From an uncultured Phycisphaerales bacterium (GTDB taxonomy: Bacteria > Planctomycetota > Phycisphaerae > Tepidisphaerales > Tepidisphaeraceae): a stretch of 64,000 nucleotides of DNA. Both the position numbers and the translations under genes were made by a program. Of the stretch, positions 53,573 to 64,000 are shown in pieces. The stretch lies in NCBI GenBank assembly GCA_963755915.1, contig CAVWLP010000002.1, positions 1,472,001 to 1,536,000 on the forward strand. Direction: 5' to 3'. Position 1 is the first letter of the stretch. Every line of letters begins with the position of its first letter. Under the pieces are notes generated by a model. That model made no database searches, had not been told where the DNA came from, and was given only the letters and a program-made list of their open reading frames with translations.

Positions 53573-55272
53573 TCACCACGCCGAAGCGTTTTCTCTGTCC
53601 TTCAATCTTCCAGCAACGTCCGGCGAAACGTAAATGCGGATTCCCTTCCCGTAAGCGTTCAGCCACTGCGCCACCGGCATACCCACGTCCGTCGGCATAA
53701 TCCCTTGAAAGTCGTCGCAGATCAGCACGCCCCCCGTCCGTTTAAACTCCGCCGAAACGTCCTTGACGCCAAACACGACCGATTCGGAAAAAGTGCGAAT
53801 GTCATAGCGGGGATCGGGAATGAACGGCCGGCTGCCGAGAATAAACCATTCCCGGCGAAGGCCCTTTTCGATGACCATGTTCTCTTCAGAAAACGCCCGG
53901 GGATAATCGGCCGTGGAGACGTGAAACCGCTGCATTCCCGATTCCAGTTTTCGCATCCAGGCGTCGCCGTCGTTCACTTCCGCCCACAGCGCGTTGGAAG
54001 CATCCACCGTCGGAAGCGGGTCGTGAATTTCGGGGGAAAGATAAATGCGCGTACCCGGTGGAACGTGCCGTTCAACCCATTCGGTCGCGTGGTCGGATAC
54101 AAATGTTCGCCGATCGATCACAATATTCGCGATCACATCAATCGCCGGCGGCGCCAGGGCAAACGCAAGCGCGGCCAGCGCCACCTTCGGCCAGCGCCGC
54201 GCAACCCCCCCATTCCAACGCCCGCGAAAGTGACCAGTGCCACGATCGGCCCCCCCTGGTGCTTCAGCCCAAACCCCGTGTCCTTCAGCACGCTCATCAC
54301 CAGCAGAATCGCATAAAGCGCCGAGGCCCACCGCACCCGCATTCGATCGGCCGCCGCGAGAAATAACCCGCACACCATCAGCACAACGCTCACCCCCAAT
54401 CCCTGGTAGACCGCCACGTCCAGCGCCATTTGCAGTTTCGAGCTCTGCATCCCCGCGGTCGGTTCGGCCAGCCGCACCGTCGCGATCGTCCGCAAATTGC
54501 CGATCAGGTTCGTCAAAATCCACGGCGAGACCAAAAGCGCCGTGACCGCCGTCCAAAAGGTAAAGAAGAAGATCCTCCGGACCCTGGGCCACAGGTTCGC
54601 GTCAAGATCGATCAGGTCCGCCCACGCCAGGGGCAGAAGCATCAGCATGTCGATCCGCGACGCGATGGCCAAACCCATGAAAAACGCCGACCATCCTCCG
54701 GCGCGGACGATCCGGAGCGACGGCCGCATAATAAAGGGCGATGATCCCGAACCCCCACCCCATCATGAACGGCCGCGCCTGATCCCCCATCTGCACGAAG
54801 ACCGGCAGGACGGCGACCAGCCCGCCAACCAGCGCCGCCGGCATCCAGCAACCTCGTTTCCATCCCAGCCCGAATGCCGCCCCCGCCGCCGCCACGCCAA
54901 CCAGCGCGCTCGCCATCGCCTCCACCAGCCGTGGCGTGCTCCAATCCCGGTAAAGATCGAACAAGGCGTGGTTCCCTGCCACGAACGGCCGCAACACCAG
55001 CGGCACGCCCCGCTCTTCAGCGCTGGGATGAATCAGATACGCACCGAATCCACCGCCGCAAACGCCCAGCTTATCCAGATCTGCGGCCCAGCCGGAGAAT
55101 ATTTGTACGTGGGTGTGATCCCCTCCCAAAGCGCAAAGCCGCTGATCACATACGGCCGCTCATCGTAATCGCGCCTTTCGTAGCGTCCCGGAAAATCACC
55201 CCATCGCAGGACGGTGGCGACAAGAATCACCACGATCAACCCCAGGCGGCGATGCAAGGAAGTCCCCTCCAT
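53573..55272 (-). CDS. Membrane glycosyltransferase-like protein (ArnT/PMT-type GT-C), several frameshifts
   Basis: DE in the first loop, R.Y/F motif, GLA...R and SPW motifs over successive hydrophobic ORFs. Confidence 0.55.
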
Positions 55273-55466
55273 CTCGCGCCATCGTCCCGGTTCCCGGCAT
55301 TTTTTTCAATATGCCAAAACCAATTCCACCAGCGGGTCCACCTGGGGCCATCTTCGCCGGCAAATAATTCGAACCAAAGCCTATCAGCGATGCCTCGCCC
55401 GGTGCTATACTTTGGCTGCTGAGGGGGGACGGCAACAGTGGCCTGATTCGTGGATTTATAGGCGGG

Positions 55467-56561
55467 ATGTTTCGAGTTCACTTTCCTTTTCTTGACACCT
55501 CACGCGACGCTTTGAGCCTGACCTGCGCTCTTCGCGCCGGTGGTTTGAGCGGCGCCACCGGTTCGCGCCGGACCGGAATACGAGAAGTATGCGGCGTTAA
55601 ACGCCCAGGCCGCCAACCATTTCCAGGTCGTCGGCCTCGAAGATGCGCAAGTGCTGATCTACCCGCATATGGTCTATCCGCAAAACGGCCTGCTCGAACC
55701 CCAGGTCCAGACGACCGCCGACGAGGCCCGGAAGCGAAAGATCGGCTGCATTTTCTTCTCATCCGGCGACGCCGGCGAGCAAATCAATGTCCCCTATGGA
55801 ACCGTCTATCGCCAATCCCTCTTTACCGACCACCGCCTTCCCAACGAACAAGCTGCGCCCGCGGAAGTTGCCGACCCCCAGGTGGAGCTGAACACCACCC
55901 TTTCCCCCCGCGATTTCGCGGCAGCGCCATCCGTGGGCTTCTGCGGTTATGTCAGCAATCCCCTGATGCGCTGGGTCTATCGTCGTGCGGGCAGGATCAG
56001 AAAAGCCGAAGGTTTGCAACTCCGCGCCCGGCGCTTCGGGCGTTGCAGCGCACGCGCGGCCTGCGCACGAATTTCCTCGTCCGCCAGATGTATCGCGCAG
56101 GGATGCGCGGGCGGTTTCACCATTTCGCCAAGGGCGAATTTAAGCCCCGCGCCCAGTTCTGGGACAACATTTTCAGCAACGATTACACCCTCTGTCTCCG
56201 CGGCGCCGGGAATTTCTCTTATCGCTTGTACGAGGTTCTCGCCTCAGCGAGGATCCCCCTGTTCATCAACACCAACTGCGTGCTCCCTTTGCAGGACGAA
56301 ATTGATTGGAAGCGCCACTGCGTTTGGGTCGAAGAGGATCAAATCGATTCCGCCGGAAAAATCCTGCAGGATTTCCATTCCCGCCTCACGCCCGAGGAGT
56401 TTCGAAATCTCCAGCTCGCCAACCGGCGGCTGTGGGAGGAAAAACTCAGTCCCCTCGGTTTTTGGAAGGCAATCGTCAGCCGCGAAATCACCGCGCCAGC
56501 ACCAGCTCCAGAAGCGCCCCATTATTATTATAGTTCTTCGCAAAATCCCCCGCATAATTGA
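55467..56561 (+). CDS. Exostosin-like (GT47) glycosyltransferase, frameshifts near 55530 and 56035
   Basis: VGFCG and YTLCLRGAGNFSYRLYEVL...IP.......LP....IDW. Confidence 0.8.
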   Translation: MFRVHFPFLDTSRDALSLTCALRAGGLSGATGSRRTGIREVCGVKRPGRQPFPGRRPRRCASADLPAYGLSAKRPARTPGPDDRRRGPEAKDRLHFLLIRRRRRANQCPLWNRLSPIPLYRPPPSQRTSCARGSCRPPGGAEHHPFPPRFRGSAIRGLLRLCQQSPDALGLSSCGQDQKSRRFATPRPALRALQRTRGLRTNFLVRQMYRAGMRGRFHHFAKGEFKPRAQFWDNIFSNDYTLCLRGAGNFSYRLYEVLASARIPLFINTNCVLPLQDEIDWKRHCVWVEEDQIDSAGKILQDFHSRLTPEEFRNLQLANRRLWEEKLSPLGFWKAIVSREITAPAPAPEAPHYYYSSSQNPPHN

Positions 56562-57708
56562 ACGTCAGCCGCGCATGCGGTCCAAACGCAAACCCAATCC
56601 CCAGCGTCGGCGACCAGTAATCCGGCACCGCCGCACGGTTCAGGAAATTGTTGTACGTGATGCTCCCCTCCACCAAAATCGGCGTCCCCGGAAATCGAAA
56701 CCGCGCATCCAGCCCATTGCTCAAAATCCACTGGTCGATGTCCGTGTCAAACGAATATCCATCCACCGCCACATCGATGTTCCCCGTGTAATTAATCTGA
56801 TCCCCCAATGTCAGCGTCAGCGTCCCCAGGTGCAGCGCCAAACTGCTCGTCCCACCCCCGCCGATCAGAAGGCCCCCCGACGCCTGATCGTAGCTCGCCG
56901 AAAGCCCCGCATAAGCCCACGGCGAAACCTGCCAGCTCAGCCCATTGCCGCTGTTGTTGAGAATCGTGATCGGCAGCGCCACTTCCTCGGCAATCGTATA
57001 CGCCTCGCTGCTCCCCACTTCGCGATAAACCAGCGTCGTTCCGAAATTGATCGCCACATTGCTTCCAAATCTCCCGCCCGAAGCCAGCGAAAGATTCGCC
57101 CAGTTTCCGTCCAGTCCGCCCGCCCGGTTCCATCCTCCCTGCGCGTCAATTCCCCAATAACTTCCCCCGCTGTCGAAGACTGTTTCTGTCTGCTGCTGAT
57201 TACGAATACCCAGCCGGTTGAACACGTCCGTCGCCACCAGCGCCGTCGAAGCCTGCGGATTCCCATCCAGCGACGCCACCGGCGAAAGCTGGTCCATCGA
57301 CTTCAAAAACTGCGCATACGCCCGTTCCCCGTCCCCCTTGATGAAGTTCTGAATCTGGCTTTGCAGGTCCGATGCGTTGCTCCCCACAAACGTCCGCTCA
57401 AACCCCGTCGTCGGAAACGAAATCGTCGCCTGCGTCTGCGTAATATTCTCCGTCAGGATCACCGCGTTCGGCACCCCTCCCCAATTCAGCGACGCCGTCA
57501 CGTTCTGCCCCGCCAGCGGAAAGAAATTGTCGTTGAACGTGATCAGATTATTCGTGAGATTGATGATGTTCCCGCTGGAATCGCTAACCGAAGTCCCCCC
57601 CGACCCATTCGCGTTCATCGTGAAAAAATCTTGCGCCCGCCCGACGATCGGCAACGCAAAAAGCGCCACCAGACCGACGACAACAAACCGTCCGCCGAAC
57701 GATTTCAT
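56488..57708 (-). CDS. Secreted, probable outer-membrane beta-barrel protein
   Basis: Signal peptide; C-terminal alternating hydrophobic beta-strands. Confidence 0.6.
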   Translation of the reverse strand: MKSFGGRFVVVGLVALFALPIVGRAQDFFTMNANGSGGTSVSDSSGNIINLTNNLITFNDNFFPLAGQNVTASLNWGGVPNAVILTENITQTQATISFPTTGFERTFVGSNASDLQSQIQNFIKGDGERAYAQFLKSMDQLSPVASLDGNPQASTALVATDVFNRLGIRNQQQTETVFDSGGSYWGIDAQGGWNRAGGLDGNWANLSLASGGRFGSNVAINFGTTLVYREVGSSEAYTIAEEVALPITILNNSGNGLSWQVSPWAYAGLSASYDQASGGLLIGGGGTSSLALHLGTLTLTLGDQINYTGNIDVAVDGYSFDTDIDQWILSNGLDARFRFPGTPILVEGSITYNNFLNRAAVPDYWSPTLGIGFAFGPHARLTFNYAGDFAKNYNNNGALLELVLAR

Positions 57709-57733
57709 GAGCTTCTCCGACTGTAAATTGCTT

Positions 57734-59664
57734 TTACGCTTTAGCGAGCAACCGTCGATAGCGCGAAAGCGCCGTCAACGGAAAATACAATCGGTAGAGG
57801 TGATACTTCAGGTAAAAAACTTTCGGGAACCCCGTCCCCGTAAAAAACGGCTCTTCCCAGCTCCCATCCGCCCCCTGATGTTCGATGAGCCACTCAATAG
57901 CCCTATGGACCGCCGGATTATCGGCGCCTAAAACCGCCATCAATCCCATCGCTCCCCAGGCCGTTTGTGAAGCCGTGCTTTCCCCCTGCCCCTTCAGCGA
58001 AGAATCATGATAGCTCTGGCACGTCTCCCCAAAACTCCCATCCGCCTTCTGCACGCTCAGCAGCCAATCCGCCGCCCGGCGCACATACGGCTGCGTCATA
58101 TCCTCACCCACCGAGCGCAACCCGGTAAGCACCTGCCAGCTTCCGTAAACATAATTCACTCCCCACCTTCCCCACCACGCCCCGGATGGATCCTGATGCT
58201 TCTTGAGAAACGCGATCGCCCGTGGAATCGCCGGATGATCCGTGCGAATTCCGCAGTGCCCCAGCCCCTCCATCGCCCGCCCGACGATGTCCGGGCAGCT
58301 CGGGTCCTGCATCGCGTTATGATCTGCGAACGGAATTTTTTCCAGGATCGGCCTGCTCCGCGTCCGGTCAAACGCCGCCCATCCGCCGTCCTCGTTCTGC
58401 ATGTTCAGCAGCCACTTCACGCCGCGCTCAATTGCCGGCTTGGCGCGTTCTCCGCCCAGCCGGCTTAGCGACGCCAGCACGATCGCCGTGTCATCTACAT
58501 CCGGATAATTTGGATTGTGGAACTCAAAAAACCACCCCGACGGCTCCACGGGATCGCAATTCATTTGCCAATCCGCCGCCACCCGGCACTCCTTATTCAG
58601 CAGCCAGCTCACCCCGCTCTGCGCCTCCGCCGACTCCGGACTAATCTCCGCCTCCGCCAGCGCATGCATCGCCAGCCCCGTATCCCACACCGGCGAAACG
58701 CAAGGCTGAAGCCGGATCGTCTCCCCCTCCTCGATATAAAAATCCCGCAGATCCTTATGCGCTTTGACCACCGTCGGATCATCATCCGGATATCCCAGCG
58801 CCCGCAGCACGATCAGTATGTAAACCATCGGCGGAAAAATCGCCCCCAGCCCCTCCGAATTTTCCATCCGCTCCAGCAGCCATTTCTCCGCCGCATTCAT
58901 CGCCCCGCGCCGCAAAAGCCCGATCGGGCTCTGGTCATACGCCTTCAGCAATTCATCCAATCTGAGGAACAGATCATTCCAATTCCTCGGTATTCCCCGC
59001 CCCGGTGTCCCCACGCGATTCGCCGCCGCGCGGTCGATGTACAGCTCATCCATCCCCATCTCCGCCGGCAGCTTCCGCGTATATCGCAGCGTCGTCACAA
59101 ACGACAGCGGCAAAATCATCGTCCGCGTCCACGCCGACACGTGATACATATTGAAATAAAACCACTTCGGAAGGAAAACAATCTCCGGCGGAATGCTCGG
59201 ACACGCGTCATAGCTGATCTGCCCCAGCGCCGCGAAATAAAACTTGGTAAAGCTGTTGCACTTCTCCGCGCCACCCAGCGAAAGCACAATTTCCCTTGCC
59301 CTTCCCATATGCGGCGACCCCGGATCATCCCCCATCAGCTTCAGCGCGAAATACGCCTTCACCGTCCCCGATAAATCCGACGGCCCCCCCGGAAACAAGC
59401 TCCATCCCCCCTCCGGATTCTGCAGCCCCCGCAGAAAATTCGCGATCTTCGGCAAATCCCGGTCATCCTCCTGCTCCAGGATCCATTTCATCAGAATATA
59501 TTCCGACTCCAGGATGCTGTCCCCCTGAAGCTCCCCCACCCAATACCCCTGCGGATTCTGCACCCGCAGAAGCGCATCCGCGCTCGTTGCCAGGTAACTT
59601 CCACCCGATTCAGCTCCCGCATCACCGCCCGCAGTGGTGTCTTCGCGCTTTCCGTCGATGTCAT
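57734..59664 (-). CDS. shc: Squalene-hopene cyclase (frameshift in the N-terminal region near 59580)
   Basis: QNP.G.W QW repeats, SPVWDT, YPDVDDTA (DxDD), WGVNY.YG, TGTGFP..FYL.Y. Confidence 0.95.
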
Positions 59665-59854
59665 CGCTGAATTCACGGTCGGGAAATTACTCGCCTTCTC
59701 CCCGCGCACAAGCCCCGCTCCCGACTGGAGTTCTGAATGCGAATCTGGGTAAAGACCGATAATCAACAGACCCTATACCAAGGAATTGGCCGATAGATAT
59801 CTTTTTGTCTTGCATATATGATCCGGCAATTCGTCGGAAGGACGTCCTTTTCTC

Positions 59855-61241
59855 ATGGACAACGATTTCGCCGCCTGGCTTGAGCAATTTCAGGGACAGG
59901 GCTTCGATCTTCATCAGGAGCACCTTAATCCAGCCTTCGTCAAAATGCTCCGCGCCATCGGTTTCGACAAGCACTACGTCCGCGGCGAAGGGTGCTACCT
60001 CTGGGACGAAGAGGGAAACAAATATCTCGATCTCCTCACCGGCTGGGGCGTCTTCGCACTCGGCCGCAACCACCCCAAAATCAAATCGATCCTCAAACAA
60101 CTGATCGACATGGACCGCCCCAATCTGGTCCGCATGGATTGCAGCCTCCTCTCCGGACTCGCCGCACAGGCCCTCGTCCGCCACGTTCCCGACAGCCTCT
60201 CCCGCGTCTTCTTCACCAACAGCGGCACCGAAACCGTCGAAGCCGCGCTCAAATTCGCCCGCTGCGCAACCGAGCGCCAGGAAATCATCTACTGCGATCA
60301 CGCCTTCCACGGCCTCACCCTCGGCTCCCTTTCCGTCAACGGCGATCAATTCTTCCGCGAACGCTTCGGTGAGCTAATCCCCGGCGGCCGCAAAATCCCC
60401 TTCAACGATCTCATCGCCCTCGAACAGCCAGCTCAGCAAGCGCGAAGCCGCCGCCTTCATCGTCGAGCCCGTCCAGGGAAAAAGCTGCGAAGTCGTCTCC
60501 GATGATTTCCTCGTCGAGGCCCAGCGCCTCTGCCACAAATATGGCACTCTCCTCATCGCCGACGAAGTGCAGTGCGGTCTCGGCCGAACCGGAAAATGGT
60601 TCGCCTTCCAGCACTGGCCCGACGTCGAGCCCGACATCGTCTGCTGCGCCAAGGCCCTCTCCGGCGGATTCGTCCCCGTCGGCGCCGTCATCACCACCCC
60701 GCGCATCATGGACTCCGTCTTCAACTCCATGGAACGCTGCGTCGTTCATTCCAACACCTTCGGCCAGAACGATATGGCCATGGCCTCCGCGCTCGCCAGC
60801 ATCTACGTCATCGAGGAAGAAAGCCTCGTCGAAAATGCCGCCGCCATGGGCGAATACGTCATGCGAAAGCTCCGCCCCATCGCCGATGTCTGCCCCTTCG
60901 TCTCCGACCTCCGCGGCAAAGGCCTCATGTTCGGCCTCGATTTCGCCCGGCCCGAATCGTCACTCAAACTCAAGATGGCCTGGGACATGCTCCACCGCCT
61001 CAACTTCGGCGTCTTCGGGCAGATGATCATCATCCCCCTCCTCGAACGCCACCGCATCCTCACGCAAGTCGCCGGCTATCACACGGAAGTCATCAAATTC
61101 CTCCCACCCATGGTTGCCACGCAGGAAGACATGGATTGGTTCCTGACTGCCATCGAAGACGTCCTCGAAGACGTCCAGCGCATCCCCGGCTCCGCCTGGG
61201 CGACGGTCTCCGGCCTGGCCAAACGCGCAATGCTCGCCTGA
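59855..61241 (+). CDS. hpnO: Class III aminotransferase, aminobacteriohopanetriol synthase-like (frameshift near 60428)
   Basis: NSGTE.VE.A.K, FHG.T.G, EPVQG, DEVQ.G.GRTG, AKALSGG; hopanoid cluster context. Confidence 0.75.
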
Positions 61242-61242
61242 C

Positions 61243-63897
61243 ATGGGTTTCCTCCAGCGCCGGATTCTCATCGCCGTCCTCGCGATCGTCTCCCATCCCT
61301 GGATCACGCTCGCCATCGTCGCCCTCTCCGTAGCCGCCTGCACCGGCGCTGCCCTCAACTGGCTCACCATCTCCAGCAGCCAGAACGAGCTCTTCTCCAC
61401 CAAGCCCTGGTTCTTCCACGACTATCTCGAGTACATCAATCGCTTCAAGGAAAACGAAGCCCTCTACATCGTCATCGAGCCCACCGATCCGCACGGCCAG
61501 CCTCCCGTCTCGCAATGGACCGCCGTCGCCGACGCCGTCACCAATCGCCTCCGCTCCCTCACCGACCACGTCCTCGACGCCTACTGCAAAATTCCACTCG
61601 AGCAGCTAGGCGACCAGGCCCTCCTCTTCCAGGACCCCGCCAAGCTCCCCGCCAGTTTTTCCTCCGTCCAGCAACTCGCCCAGCTCACCGCCATCTGGGG
61701 CGCTAAGCCGACCTTCTTCATCTCCGCCCTCGGCAAAAACCCCATCGAGCGCTCCCTCGCCGGCGCCGCCGCCCGGCCCGACGCCAACACCGCAAATTTC
61801 ATCGCTCAATTGGGCCAATCCTGGGACGACGCCATCCGCAATCCCACAAAACAACTCGCCGTCGGCGACGGCGTCACCGATTTCCGCGCCATCGGCGCAA
61901 CCTCTCCCACCGACCTCGGCTACTTCTACGTCCCCGACCAGACCGACCGCTCCCGCTTCCGCATCATCGTCACCGTCTACCCCCGCCTCGAGCACGAATC
62001 ACTCACCAGCGTCACCACCACCGTCAACGCCATCCGCGACAACGCCGTCTCCGCCGGCGCACCGTTCCCCCAATTTCAGATCGGCGTCACCGGCCGTCCC
62101 GCCCTCGAAGCCGACCAGATGGAAACCACCGACGTCGACTCCCACAGAGCCGAAATCGTCGCCCTCGCCGTCGTCTTCATCGGCATGGCTTTCATGCTCC
62201 AATCCCTCTGGCTCGCCCTCGCCGCCGAAATCTCCCTCTGCGTCGGCATCGGCTGGTCCTTCGGCTGGGCCACCCTCGCCATCGGCAGGCTCAACCTCCT
62301 CTCCCTCGTCTTCCTCATCGCCCTCATCGGCATCGGCATGGATTACCTGGTCCAGATCCTCTCCCGCTATCGCCGCGAAGCGCGCCGCTACCAGCGCCCA
62401 AAAGCCATCTGGACCAGCGTCTTTAAATTTGTCGGCCCCCCAATCAACACCGCCTGCCTCGGCGCTGCCGGCGCTTTCCTCGTCGCCGTCTTCACCGATT
62501 TCCGCGGCGCCGGCGAGCTCGGCATCATTGCCGGCGGCGGCCTCCTCCTCTGCCTCACCGCCGGCTACATCGTCCTCCCTGCGCTGCTGACGATCTTTCC
62601 CCCCAAGCTCAAGCACCTCGACGTCTCTCTGCGCTTTACCCCCGTCAAACCCGTCAGCCGCGGAATCCTCGCCCTACCCGTCGTCTGGGCAGCCCTCCTC
62701 CTCGCTGGCTCACACTTTATGCCGGATGCGCATTTCGATCCAAACCTCATCAAGCTCCAGGTCCCCGATCTCCCTTCCGTCCAGCTCATTCGCACTCTTC
62801 AAACCTGGGTCGGCGTCGTCATGTCCAAAGACCTCGACCAGCTCCGCCAAATCCGCTCCGCCGTCTCCGGCCTCTCCGTCGTCACCTCCACCGACAGCGT
62901 CCTCAACGCCCAGGACAATCTCGCCTGGCTGAAAGCCCACGCCTCCGAAGTCCCAAATATCCAGTGGACCGACCCCGAGCCCGTGACACCGTCCGACCTC
63001 CTCTCCATCTCCCAAAAATCCCGCAATCTCTCCGCCGTCCTCAAAAACTTCCCCACCGCCAGTCAGGTCCTCTCTCAATTCGCCGACGATATCGATCACC
63101 TCTCGCCCGATTCCACCGCCGCCGCCGCCAAACAGCTTTCCACCTGGCAGCGCATCTTCGTCGCCGAGATCAAAAACCTCATGGCCCAGTTTACCCCCTC
63201 GAAGCTCGACATCGCCGCACTCCCCCATCAGCTCCGCAATCACTATTTCAACGACGGCTACTACGCCCTCTTCATCTACCCCGCCAAAGATCTTTGGGAC
63301 GACGCCAGCCTCAACCAATTCGAATCCACGGTAGAAGCCGCCGTCGCCAAAATCCCCGGCGCACCGCACGTCACCGGAATCGCCTCCAACGTCTATCACA
63401 CAACGGGTGCCATCCACACCGCCTTCTTCGATTCAACGGTCTACGCCCTGGCTCTGATTTTTATCCTGGTCTTCCTCGATTTCCGCAAAATCGTCCCCAC
63501 CCTCGCCGCGATAAGCGTCCTCGCGTTGGGCCTCCCCATGCTCGTCGCCCTGATGGGCCTCTTCAACGTAAGCTGGAACTTCGCCAACTTCTTCGGCCTC
63601 CCGATCCTGATCGGCGCCGGCCACGAATATGGCGTCTTCATGGTCCACCGTTTCGAGGAAGCCAAAAATAATCCCCGCCGCGCCTGGCGACGCTGGGACG
63701 TCTCCGACCGCGCCCTCCTCCTCTGCGCCTACATCACTTCGAGCAGCTTCGGCTTCTTCTGGCTCCTCGCCCACCACGAGGGATTGAAAAGTCTGGGCCT
63801 GGTCATGGCCCTCGGCACCGCCTGCATCTACCTCGCCACCCTCCTGGCCCTCCGCCCGCTATTGAAGTGGCGCCTCCGCCAACTCAACGGCGGCTGA
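61243..63897 (+). CDS. hpnN: MMPL/RND transporter, hopanoid-associated
   Basis: Two TM bundles with VTG, LIGIGMDY and NFAN...LP..IG.G..Y; cluster context. Confidence 0.8.
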   Translation: MGFLQRRILIAVLAIVSHPWITLAIVALSVAACTGAALNWLTISSSQNELFSTKPWFFHDYLEYINRFKENEALYIVIEPTDPHGQPPVSQWTAVADAVTNRLRSLTDHVLDAYCKIPLEQLGDQALLFQDPAKLPASFSSVQQLAQLTAIWGAKPTFFISALGKNPIERSLAGAAARPDANTANFIAQLGQSWDDAIRNPTKQLAVGDGVTDFRAIGATSPTDLGYFYVPDQTDRSRFRIIVTVYPRLEHESLTSVTTTVNAIRDNAVSAGAPFPQFQIGVTGRPALEADQMETTDVDSHRAEIVALAVVFIGMAFMLQSLWLALAAEISLCVGIGWSFGWATLAIGRLNLLSLVFLIALIGIGMDYLVQILSRYRREARRYQRPKAIWTSVFKFVGPPINTACLGAAGAFLVAVFTDFRGAGELGIIAGGGLLLCLTAGYIVLPALLTIFPPKLKHLDVSLRFTPVKPVSRGILALPVVWAALLLAGSHFMPDAHFDPNLIKLQVPDLPSVQLIRTLQTWVGVVMSKDLDQLRQIRSAVSGLSVVTSTDSVLNAQDNLAWLKAHASEVPNIQWTDPEPVTPSDLLSISQKSRNLSAVLKNFPTASQVLSQFADDIDHLSPDSTAAAAKQLSTWQRIFVAEIKNLMAQFTPSKLDIAALPHQLRNHYFNDGYYALFIYPAKDLWDDASLNQFESTVEAAVAKIPGAPHVTGIASNVYHTTGAIHTAFFDSTVYALALIFILVFLDFRKIVPTLAAISVLALGLPMLVALMGLFNVSWNFANFFGLPILIGAGHEYGVFMVHRFEEAKNNPRRAWRRWDVSDRALLLCAYITSSSFGFFWLLAHHEGLKSLGLVMALGTACIYLATLLALRPLLKWRLRQLNGG

Positions 63898-64000
63898 CGA
63901 GGAAACCTGATTTGTATCCGGTCCCCCATTGCCATCTGATAGACTCGAATCACCTCTGGTGTCTGGATTTGATGTCGTATTGCGCTAGCAGGAGCCAACA

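Noticed and set aside
55651-57726. 691-aa ORF and other long antisense ORFs
   Set aside because: Read-through from a frameshifted GT47 onto the antisense strand of the beta-barrel gene; long shadow ORFs are expected at high GC
7256-61241. Numerous frameshifts in nusA, infB, dnaX (19660), copA, parA, asd, hpnH, shc, hpnO and others, suggesting pseudogenes or recoding
   Set aside because: They hit essential genes, are mostly single-base indels in homopolymer or GC-repeat contexts, and come without other signs of decay; best explained as sequencing/assembly errors

Overview
GC-rich bacterial chromosomal segment, most likely from a planctomycete (Phycisphaerae/Tepidisphaerales-like). This is inferred from PEP-CTERM proteins with a dockerin-like 'GDANLDG' module, nusA without rimP, and the hopanoid genes. 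Many essential genes (nusA, infB, dnaX, asd) are split by single-base frameshifts, which points to an error-prone long-read assembly rather than real pseudogenes. The backbone is housekeeping: nrnA-like, a sugar ABC ATPase, nusA-infB-DUF503-rbfA-hisG-yebC, dnaX-ybaB, arfB, an ECF-sigma/Spy/Cu-ATPase operon, ferredoxin, gpmI, a ParA, a HIT protein, tyrA, asd and hemL. There are also three tandem PEP-CTERM surface proteins and a hopanoid cluster (hpnG, hpnH, shc, hpnO, hpnN). Accessory highlights: (i) a complete 2,442-bp IS1-family element (20-bp perfect TIRs, 8-bp target duplication) that carries a RelE/HigB-like toxin, an HTH protein and a small basic protein, and interrupts a membrane glycosyltransferase; (ii) a two-gene insert pairing a divergent Qng1/DUF2419-like N-glycosylase bearing a Cys cluster with a multi-pass membrane protein; (iii) an unannotated 18-aa Lys-rich peptide gene with its own promoter, Shine-Dalgarno sequence and terminator; (iv) a dnaX slippery site; (v) apparently widespread leaderless promoters; (vi) several dispersed repeat families.
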